Source: Candidatus Hermodarchaeota archaeon (GTDB lineage Archaea > Asgardarchaeota > Thorarchaeia > Thorarchaeales > Thorarchaeaceae). Taken from it: DNA of 64,000 nucleotides. Every line of letters begins with the position of its first letter. Positions within the stretch are counted from its first letter, which is position 1. The translations under genes were made by a program, and so were the position numbers. The stretch lies in NCBI GenBank assembly GCA_048885865.1, contig JBHLLF010000008.1, positions 38,926 through 102,925 on the forward strand, read 5' to 3'. Below are positions 20,080-32,000 of the stretch, piece after piece. The notes beneath the pieces are model-generated. The model ran no database searches, was not told the DNA's origin, and worked only from the letters and a program-made list of their open reading frames with translations.

Positions 20080-23000
20080 CTATTTCTTTTCAGAATCAAT
20101 GCTCTTCAGAAGCTCGTCAACTAGAGCTGCGGGTAGGTTACGTGCTTGTTTCAAGATGGATTTTATCTCTTCCTCTGGGAGTCCTCTCTTTTTCAATTCC
20201 TTTCTAAGGTCCTCAATATCCATTTCACTAAGCCTATCCTCGAATTCTACTACATCTTCGTCTACGGGGGCAAGTCCCTCCACTTCTTGAAGGAATTCCG
20301 AAACCAGGTCTCTTGGAACCTTCTTGGCCTGTTCTATGATATTCTCTATCTCTTCCTCTGGTGTTCCCTTGATGAACAACCTACCTCGAAGCGCAACCAG
20401 CTCATCCTCGGTCATAGTTTCAGGAGGTTCTGGTTTCTTCTTAACTTCATGATCCTCTCTGAATCCTTCCAGCAGCTCCATTGCCAATGCTCTAGGCACA
20501 CCCCTAGCTTGATCAAGAATCTTCTCTATCTCTTGGAGTTCCGCTCCTTCTTCTCTAAGTTGCACCCTCAGCATTTCGATTTCTGAATCAGTAAGATATG
20601 CTACATCCTCTTTTGTTTCATGCATGTCAACAGCTTGCCCTACACCCTTAAGCAGCATTTCCCCTACATCCTTGGGTAGCTGTCTTGCTTGTTCAATCAA
20701 TGAATCAACTTCATGAATTGGAAGTCCTCTAGCTATGAGTTGGGAGCGCATCTCAGCTAGCTCTGACTCTGTGAGCCGGGCCTCAGGTGCTTTCTCAACC
20801 TCTGCCCATTCGGTTGGTTCACTTATTCCATATATTTGTGCAAGGGGCCTGCTATCTGTAACTTCTCCACCAATCAAGCTAATTCTCTCTTGACGTACCT
20901 CCTCAAGAACCTCTTCCACAGTCGTATTCCTTTCCTGGGCAATTCGAACGGCTTCCTGTGCAATAACTTCGCGGGCAAAGGAAACTTGCTCGCTTCCCTT
21001 CATTTTTGATACAGCTTGTCTAAACTCCTCAAGCTCCTCTGGTGTCATGTCCGTGAGTATCGAAAGGTCAATGATCATTTCTTCAATCACTGGAATATCA
21101 ATTACAATAGGTTCAGCTGCAAGACCTTCAATTCCCCTTGAGAGACCTATAGGGTCACCCATTTCGTTGAATAATTCAGAAACAAGCTCATGTCTGCTTT
21201 TTATCGTCTTGTCTGTTTTGGGTATCTTCCCTCGTGTCAGTTGTCTTAGCATGGCGGAGATTCTTCTGACCATTTTCGGAACCTTAAGAACTCTTCTCCA
21301 GAACACACCAATCAACGCGAGGGCGATAATGAACGCAGGCCCATAGGCCAGCATGTTCTGAACCAATATATCGGTTTCAGAAGGACTTACAGATATGGTG
21401 AATCGTATTCGTTGTTCTTGGAAGTTGGTCCTATTGACGACAACATCGAGCTCGGCCGTCCCTGGTCTACTCAATGCAACAAGAGTGATAATATAGTAGC
21501 CATCAGCACCAGCTGGTGTTACACTTGTAATATCTAGATATGAATCAATGTCGCCCGTGACTACAAGATTGGCATCAATTATGCCCTCTGAATCATGACC
21601 TGGCCAAGTATCATAGTAGAACACTTCGATAGATATCTCTTGGTTGTAAAGAACTGATAGAACTGAGCTGCCAATTACTTCCAGTCCTGTAGGAATCTCG
21701 ATGATCTTGATTTCAAAGACTAAGCTGGCTGAAGTTCGATTCTCAAGAGATAAAGCAATAGTGAATACAAACTGGTCAAGCAATTCCCAATCATTTGAAT
21801 CAAAGTTGAATGAGTAAGTCCCCAATGGTGTACCTTGAATTTCAAGTTCCCTTTCAAAGAAGCCCGGCCCAGAATAATGGGCCGTAACAATGGTTGCACC
21901 AGCAATGCCTCTGTTCAGGTATGTATTATTATAGAGAATAGACACCAGCAATGCCTCTCCGTAGGGAACATGCAACAGAGTTCCGCTCTCATCCCCAAAA
22001 TAATAGGATGATGCTACTATCACTGCTTCAGTTGGCGCAGGTTCGACACGAAAAGTGATGCTACTCTCAGAATCATCATAGTTTAGCTTACTAAATCCAA
22101 TTGATATGCGATAAGTTCCAGGTCTCACCAAGCTCGTGTTTACGGGAATACTATAGACTCCGTTGCCTTGATGTTGAAGAACACCAGAACCGAGAGCCCA
22201 AGAGAATGATGAGTCTGCATCAATAATGCCAACTCCGTTATACAGGTCTTGATATGTCACATTTATGATACCACTCCATCCCCAATTGATACTCATATAC
22301 CCTGGGGCAAGAGTAGTGGTTGGCAAATTCCCTATGACTAACACAAGTGAATACACGGCCTCAGTGAAGTTACGTCCAATAGCATTGGCTGTTATCCTGA
22401 AATTATGGATTGTAGCTGTTGTAAGAGATGTATCGAAGTCGAAGTAGAAATATCCCGGCCCTCCAATTGATGAGCCATTTACGAGGGTACCATTTGCTGC
22501 TAATTCAGGGGAGTACCATGTTACGCTACATGTTGGAATAGTTATGTTCGCCTCTGGAACTACAACATACACTCCTATCCTAACTACTTGCGACCAGTTA
22601 ATTGACGTGTATTGATATGTGCTTGTAAGGGCATCTGGTTCAAGTTCAATTAGTATCTGCGTGACAGTCATGGTGAGAGCAAGAGAAGCTGAGGTGTAGT
22701 TTTGCTTTGAGGCACTGATAATGATTTGATAAGACATCGTTTCAGCAAGCTTGGTGGATATAGTAAACCAGTAGTATCCCGGCATACCCGGTACATCAAC
22801 TAGACTAATGTTACTACCAAATTCCCAATTTGCATGAAGGGTAGCTCCATCAACAAGTATCCCGCTTAGCGTGTCTTCCAAAAAGACTGTGATGTTCTTG
22901 TCGCTTTGTTGATTCACATTGAAAGAATACATACCACCCTCGGGTGCCAAGTCCATGGGCCGTGGAAGCAACCTGAATGCAATCTGTTCTGTTGCCAGAA

Positions 23001-26000
23001 GATAGTTTGGAGCTCTTGCGCTGACAGTAAGTACCATAGTGCCTGTAGTCGAACCATGAATTGTGTCAATAAAGGAAGTGTAGTTGCCTGGAATCAGTGT
23101 ACCGGAAAAGCTACCATTTCCTCCAACCCACGAGTAGGTCACCTGCGCGCCTGCAATCAGGACTCCACGAAGAGTGTCATTATATGCCGCATATACCTCT
23201 AGCATTTCTCCCCAGTAAATCTCAGTTGGATTGTAGGATCTCGGCCCAGTCCAAGAAATCGCCAAGTCAGAGGGTACACTTAGAAGAATTACTGACATTC
23301 TTAGTGTCTGGATATCGTAGTAGTCAAGTGTAGCTGTGATATTCAGACTCTGAGTGCCATAGTTCAAATTAGTAGTATCCAGAGTGATGTTGTAGACTCC
23401 ATTTCCCAAACCAATCCACCCAACTGCATCACCCCATTCGATATCCAAGTCTGCACCATCAAGAGATCTATCTCCTGCATCAAAATCAGAGATGGTGACG
23501 AGAGCGTAAGTGGAGTATCCTGCATAGTTTGTAGGACCAATGGTTCCAGTCACGATGGCATTTCGGAGTCGAACTTGTACCGGTGTTTCAAACTGGAGAC
23601 TCTGGTATGGCATGTAATCAATTCTGATGATGAACGTCTGGAGTCCAGGAGCTATCAAATCAGACATATTCGCGGTTATATTATACAAACCTCCGCCAAG
23701 TGGAACTACATTCCAACTCTGCGGCTCCAGACCAGTAGATTTGTACTCCAAGGTGATGAAAGCTTCAGCACCGCCAATTGGCTGGGCATGATCTATATCC
23801 GTAAAATTCAGCACAAAAGAAACGATCTCAAGATATGGCACAACTGATGGTGAGGGAAGATCATAAGATACTGATGCATATACCAACCTTACCACTCCTG
23901 TCATTCTGATGCCGGTCAAGTTTGCATAATAGGGGCTGACACCAGGGTTCCAAGATACACTTAACAAGAAAGTGAATTGTCCAGTTTGTCCTAGTGCGTT
24001 ACTGTCCACATGGACAGTGTAGATTCCCCTTTCTGGTCCAACTCCCTCAAGAATCCAGTAATCAATTCCTTCTAAAAGCGCAGGTCGTTCAATGCATGAG
24101 AAGCCAATTATTGCTCCTGAGATAGCAGCTCCAGTATCTCTGTCATTATATGCGAAATTCAGAGTGACATTATCTCCCATGGGTGTTGCAATGATTTGAG
24201 ATGGGCTGACCACTCCTTGTCGACTTGAAGTTGTCACGAGGACCGCAGTTCTATCATCAAGGTAGTACGGGGATGTTCCATTCCAATTCACCAAAACTGT
24301 AACATTCCATTTGTAGACAAGATTTGAACTCAGAACTGTGGAATTAATGCTAGCCTCAAAAGCTGTTCCTAATCTTGCTATCATGTAATCTGAGCTAATT
24401 AGCAATACGCCTCCGCTATAGATCGCAACCTCGTCTGTGGAGATTGCAATCGCTTGACCGGTTTCAATATCAACATAAGCAAATTGGAACGTAACGTTAT
24501 CGAGGTATTGAGTTTGGGAAGGTGGAAGGAGGATTTCTACATTGGTGGGTCGTCCAGTCACTGAAAGCCCAACATTGAGAACTGCGGCGCCATAGAATGG
24601 AGATCCAGCTGTCCAGTTTGCTGTCACTTCTATAGACTTCGCTCCGGGAATTCCTAGTGATGTTGTTTTAATCGAGATGAGGTATTGCCCATTCATCAAG
24701 TCATCCACAGTGAAATCTACTAGCTCTGCAAGCTGAATTATGCCATGGTGAATTATGATTTCTCCTCCAGAAATGCCTGAAAGGCTTACGGAATCTCGAT
24801 AGACTACGGTGAAATTCACCCGATCAAGATAGGGCGCTGGGGATGGAGCTGATTCTAGTGTAGTTTGTGTGTCTCTGAATGTCAGCTTGAATGAAATATC
24901 GATGCTTGCCCAAGTATAGAATGGCACTTGTTCTTCATAGCTGAAGTTTAATGAAAGCAAATACGGTCTGTGAATATCTAGACCCTGATTGTATGTTTCT
25001 ACGACGAGCAGATAGTCTTGGAATGAATCGCGCCATGTGCAGGTGAATATCCAGTCGGTTCCGTTTAGTATGCTGACATAAGTTCGAGCACCAGTTACGT
25101 TCGATATTGAAGTAAGAGTCACTAGATCTTGGTACCGAAGGATGATACGAATCGACTCTTGAAACGGCACTGGATTAACTGGATCCGAGATCAGTATCGT
25201 AGGTCGATATGTGATAGATAGAACTCTGACACCAGTCTTATTCTGCAAATAGAATGTGCTTGAATAGACTTCCACGGATATACTGTAGTAGCCTGGCTGA
25301 CTGAAATAGGAGGTGTCAATTTCTATCCGATATCTTCCATCTCCGAAATCTAAGACTTGATGGTACGCGAGCGGGATTACAGTTGATTCGTTCTTTAATA
25401 CGATAGTTGCTCCGAAGATTCCTCTTGTCGACGCTCCTGTGACATCAAGATAATGAAGTGTGAAGGTTGCATTTTCCGAATAGGGTGTTTCAGGAGGAGT
25501 AGGATATGATAAGCTGGTCTGTCGTGCAGTTACAATCATAGTGATGGTCCGGCCAGTGTGGTTTGCATAGAATGGGATTCCATGCCATGTAATGTCAAGC
25601 GTGAATGTTCTCTCTCCCAAGGGCGGTCCAAATTGACTTGTGTTGAATGAAATGGTAAATTCTCCAGATACTGGATTATATGAAAGAGAGAATTGAGACA
25701 AACTGACCTGAATTGACATTACACTCTCATTGTACCCAATTGTTGTTGAAGTTCCGCCGGTGACATCTTCGTATGAAAATGAAAAAGTTGCATTCTCTCC
25801 ATATGCTACACTTGTGGGAGGAATAACGGACAGCAAGGTTTCTCTCGGTAGAATCCTGATTGAGATTGCATCGGTCCTGTTTGTGTAATATGGGGAAACT
25901 CCCTTAGACCAGTTGATAAATACATTCATGGAGAAAAGGCCTGTTTTTCGAAGAACAGTCGTGTTAAAGCGAATTGAGTAGTACCCTGGATTGCCAATTC

Positions 26001-29000
26001 TGTCGGTTTCCCAGACATCGATTTGAGACCTGTCAATGATCAACCCGGAGAATGTTACAGATACAAGGACATTGCCAGTTTCATTTGTAATTCCTATGCC
26101 TGAACTGGAACTAGCGTATAGGAACGTATAGCTCATGTTTGATAAACATGGGGAAGGCAGGGCAGCATCAATGAGTGACAGTATTGAGCCTTCTCCAATG
26201 ATCCTTGCATCTACTTCCAGAAACATGTTGTGGTACTTCTGAATGCCTCCTGTCCAGTTGAACATGACTTTCAGATGTTGAGTCCCCAATCCACCAAATT
26301 GGAATGCTTCGATAGTTATATTGTAGTAGCCAGGTGAAGTTTCATTACTCCATAGGCGTAGAACTGCTCCAGTGTCATTAAAGACTGTGCATTCAATTAG
26401 TGCAGATACAATTCCTGTGTAATGGTCACGATCACCATAATATACCGAGATATAGATTGAACCAGTTGGAGTTGTGGGCTCAGGTAGCGTAATGAGGCGA
26501 AACTCCGTCGTGATTGTCCTTATTGTTACAACGATGCTGAAATGTCCGACTTCCATGTTCGCACTCTTTGTCAGGTTGAACAGTAAAAGGTAGTCGCCTA
26601 AAACATCTGTATCGAAGGTGTTGATTGTGATCTTGTAGCGAACGCCAGTCCATTGAATTGTGTAGTGAGCAATTGTCCAATTACATATTCCAGTTGCAAA
26701 ATCTATAGCAACATTGTGATCCATGTCAATATAATCTACATAGAAGAACGCTGAGTCGCCTACTGGAATATCTAGAGTTCCGACAGTGCCTATTGCATAT
26801 GTTCGAATGATTCTGACTCGAATTGAGATCGATATATTCTGACTCTCATAGTCTGGTGCGGATGCTGTGAAATCAACACCATAGAGTCCTATGCTCCATG
26901 AGGCGGTATCAAGAAGGACCAAATAGCCTCCATCCCCAATGTACGTGACACTGATTATTGAAGCACCAATAGCATCAATCGTTGCCCCAGCTATCCCTTG
27001 AGCTCGGTCAATGTCCTCGTATATTATTGTCACGCTTATGTTTGAGCTATATGGCGTGATGGCTTCGGGATAATCTGGTGATGAAACGTAGCTACGTGCA
27101 GCTCTGTAGGTGAACGCAATGATTGGTGTCTGAATACTTCTATAGTCTTCTGCAGGTGAGAATGTCAGGAAAATGCGAACTGTGTAACTTCCGCCTGGGA
27201 AGTTTAACTGGTCGATGGTCAACGAATAGATTCCCATTCCCAAGTCGGTGAGCGTCTTAATTGTGTATGGTGTTCCTGACTGATCCTGAGCCGAGAAATA
27301 TGCGGAAGTCAGCCCATCAATATAATCGTCGTGAAACTGAGAAGCAGGATCACTGACATTCAATTGAAGGAATATCTCAAAATCATCTCCTATCGGGAAG
27401 GTGTCAACATGTTCCCATGTCATGGATACCTGAAGCTTTCTTATTCTGATCTCAATCGCTGTTTTTGCATCAAAGTAGAATCTGGGTGAGCTGACTGTGT
27501 CTAGTGTTAAATTCACGATATGATTACCTAGCATCCAAGTATCCGTTTGGATCCAGAATTGCATCGTGCCATAAACAGCATTATCCTCAATCCACTCAGC
27601 TGTTATCTGAGAGAAGTTGCCCTGAATTAGTGCTCCTCCCATATCCAGGTCGTGGAGGGTGACTGTAACGTATGTATCTGCTCCAACGGGAACAGAGCTA
27701 TTGTAAGTGACAACAATATAGGTCCTGTGTGGGATGACATTAACCCATACTCTAACACTCGCGCCACAGTAATTGGCTTTTGAAACTGAGTAGTTAAAGA
27801 GATACAATCCTGGGGCGTACGCGCTAACGTCAATTCTTATGCTGTAATTGCCATTGTTCAAATCTGTCCAGGCCAGAATTGAGTCTCCCGATATAGTTCC
27901 TCCATTAATTCCTAAGAGCGAATGGTCAGTATCGTACCAACCAAGGGTGACATTGACATCCTGCCCCCAAGGCACATCAGCGGGATCGGTGCCATGTGAC
28001 TGGAGAATTGTTTCTATCTTCTCGACATCAAGGCAGACAATTTGAGAACTCCCAAGCAAATATGACTCGGATGGATTCGCGTTGAGCTGGAAATAGTGGC
28101 TTCCAATTCCATATCCTGACCCGTCGAGCAGAATCTGATAGGTTCCGTTATTGTAGTCTGTAACGTCGAGAATTGAACCGTTTGATGTAATCACAGCTCC
28201 GATAACAGGTGTTGCATCAAAACTGTCCTGAATATCAATCTTGAAATCAAAATCATCCCCATAGGGTGTTTTTGAGGTAGTTCTAGGTATTATCAGGATT
28301 TCATGTTGAATATCTAGATCAAAGTAAACGGTTGCGTTATTGTAGTATTCATCGTATGAAACTACTTCGACTCTCCATCTGCCTAGGGTTTCGAGGTCAG
28401 AAGTGTTTAAGGCGATACCATAGGTGCCAGTTCCATAATCATTGAGTGTCACTTGGGTTGGTGCTCCCAAAATTGTCCAGTTGACTAGAACATCAGCACC
28501 TGTAATCAGGTCAGACGAAAGGCTGTCTCTGAGTTCAACCTCAACTTGTATCATGTCTCCAACGACTCTGACTGAAAGGCCATCCCCAAGTGCATCTGAC
28601 GGAGCCGATAGTGTCATTGCTGCATCATGCCTCACTATGAACTCACGTTCGATGATACTTACCAGATGACCTCCAAGGACCCCAGTCGTGTTGTGGAATG
28701 CAGCGATGGTCCATAGTCCAGCTGGAGCTGAAGAGTCGATTATCTTGCGCATTGATAATTCAGAAGTTGGTCTAGGAGTTTCAGACCCTATGCTGTAGAA
28801 CCCAGAGGGATTATCTTGATTGGCATGCTCTGTGGCAATCCATTGTGGTGATCGAACAATACTGGAAACCCGTATCTCGTCAAATGTGGCTAGAGCACTA
28901 CCTTCTGGAACATGAGGGCTGTTTCCTCCCCATATCCAATCGTCGAGGTTTGCTAGTTGAGTCCAACCCGTTGGTACAAGTTCGACTAGAAGTGTCAGCG

Positions 29001-32000
29001 GTATGCCATCCATATAGAGTATTACTTCTTTTGAGTTGTAGTCCATTGTGACAACGACATGATGCCAGATTCCATTTGTGAATGGAGCTGTAACGTAATT
29101 GTAGTTAGTTGAATTGCCACCCCATGGATAGAAGAAGCAGTTTCCAGCACCGTTTACGGCCCATTCAAGCCCATCATGGTGAGTATTGGGTGCTTCTAGA
29201 AACCTGTTGCTTGTTGTCATCAATCTCTGGTAGGTGCCATCTGAGACATTTGCCCAATTAATCCAAGTTTCAAGAGTTGCTATGTCGCTTAGAGAATCAA
29301 GACTGAGGCTTTCGGGTATCACGATGGCATCATCAGTTCCATCCAATTCTAGTCCATAACCCACCTTGGCAACTACAGAGTCTTGGTCGTTCATGGATCC
29401 TCTTGTATGCCCATCATTGCTGTTAGGTGTACTGTCCTGAATCTCGTCAGCAATCCCCGAGGGTGATTCATCAAGGTGCCATACACCTGTGTATCCATTG
29501 CTCCAAATTGCTTCGGGATTCTCCTGAGAGTTAACATATTGATTGCCATAGTACATCTCAATTGGCGTGTCGATAGACCCCGATAGATTTGCTTTTACCC
29601 ACGCTATGAGATGAGCATATGTGGCATCATAATCTTGTTCAAACACCTCAATCTCGTGAGCCAAAATTACGCCATTCTGAACGAATAATACATCATCACC
29701 ATCAGATTGGACCTTTGCAGGATTGTGCAGGTCTGCATCTAGTATGTCAATCAAAACCGGAAACTCGACTAAGTCTGCGGCAACTTGAGTGTGATCAATT
29801 GTGATGACCTTTCTGTACTTGAATGATGGCAAGACATGGGATGAACTTCCTAGAGTGGTGTTCGAAGTCGAGTACCAAATCGAGTCATCAGGCGCTATCA
29901 AAGAAAACTCTATTCGTTCATCATCCTCCCAAGCTGTCCATGCACGCACCTCAATCTCTTCATTGATGGTCAATGAGGTAGTGGCTCCTAGTGCACCTCC
30001 ACCTTTGCCTGTTTGAACATCCATCATTGAAGTGTCCTGCTCAAACTGGAGCTTCCAGATTCCATATTCAGATCCACTAATCGAGTGAACTGCTAGGACA
30101 CCATTTCCGTTAGTCCAATGCTCTGGAGTAGTCTTTGTCACTCCGAGTGGATCTTTGATACTGAGAACTCCCCAATGGCGATGGGGGTATGAGAGCGAGA
30201 AGGAAATATCTGTCATATTCGGGGGTGGTGAAACCAGCACATTCGCAGTCCATGTGGTGTGAGAAGCGTTTTCTGCAGCATATGATGTGCCTGGAGTTAG
30301 AGACTCACTCAAAGAGTCTGAAATTCTGCTCATTTCAACGAGCATTGTTATATCAGCTTTGATTAGCTGAGTTGAGTTCGTTGTGAACTCTAGTGTGGTG
30401 AAATCTCCTTCGAATTCCAGAGCGGGAGGGTCAGAACTAGGTATTATATAGTCGATATATAGGCGCGCAAGGTCTTCCTGCGCATAGTCTGATGAACCCT
30501 TCGCATTATTGTAGTCCTGATAGCCTGTTGAACCAGCATATTCCAACATCACGCAGAGATAGTTGCCATCATACCAACCCTCACGGGATACAACGAGCTG
30601 AACCAATGCAGCGAAGTCGGGAGAACTGTATCTCACTCCATCAGTCCACGATCCTGTCGGATACCAGTCGACACTTGTGTCCACCCACTGATATCGATCT
30701 TTGAGTACGGGGAAGCCGGGAGTGAATGGTGCCATATTGTCTTGATCTGCAACAAGGATTCTCATTCCTGCTCGATTTGCAGAGGCTCCTGCTGCGCCTT
30801 CCAACTCAAGTCTTGCTGATGTAACTACTGCACCTCTAGGCACCTCAGCAGGGAACTGAAATGCAATCTCATAGGCTTGAGCATCGCTCCAGTCTGCGTT
30901 GACTCCATAAACACCTACTTCCTGGATGCCATCTCCAAGACGACCATCTAGATGGACACCAGTACTTGGCCAGCTCCGGCAGTCTCTGCTTGACTCTCCG
31001 GCAATATATTGACTGTCAGGGACATATGGTGATATGCTATAAGCATCATAGCTCTCAAAGACTGTCGCGTTTGTCTTGAGTTCAATATTCTCTGTGAAAG
31101 GAACTATGTCAAGAGCCAGCTCTATCTCGTCGATGTATATTCTGCTGGTCCTTCCGGTTGCTTGAGTTCCAGACAAATCCGTCCCAAGACCAATAGACAT
31201 TGTGAGCGCATTGGTCGTGGATAGGGACTCGAATGCTATGGATGGTATTTCGACTTCAGCAGTAAGCCAAGAATTCAACGTGTCTCCAGGTTCAAGGACA
31301 TGAAGTTTCACTTCATAGCCCGATAATCTCACAAACAAGTATGTCTGGTCCTCAAGGTCACATGTCGCCATTGGATTGTATAGGAACTTTATCTGAGCAG
31401 ATGTGACATCTTGAGCCGCTACCTGTACTGTCTGGCTTAGATAGATTTCATCACTTGATGAGAGCAAATTGCCACTGCTCCAGATTGCTTCCAAAATCCA
31501 ACCCATAGAATCCTCATATCCAGCTCCAGCATTATCCACGAGTTCGAACATGCCATGATGAGGATGGGCATTGCGTCCAGACCCTCCCCCAACTTCATTA
31601 TCTGTGAGTGTCCAGCTATTGGGGACCAGTATATCCTCACTATTGTATCCATAGCCCAACCATTTCTCGGCGTGGTAGTCATTGAGCAAGCCATTGCTTA
31701 GCATGTTGTCTGTGGTCTTTAGCAAATCATCAATTCTAACAGCAACAGCATCTTTCTCCCAATCACTAGGAGTGTATGAATTCCAGGAGCTACTGGTACC
31801 GGAATCGAGATAAAAAGTCCTGGAGTCAGTGACTAGTCCACTGAAGGTTACAGGAAGTGCGGCACCTGTTCCAGTTGCTGATATGCCCTCTGAAACAAGA
31901 TGGCTTCCTGAACGGGGTGTTGTTGGCACAAACATATTCTGGGGGGATGAATAAGTGACCGAGTTCATACTCGGGGGAGCTGTTACCAATAATACGGTGA

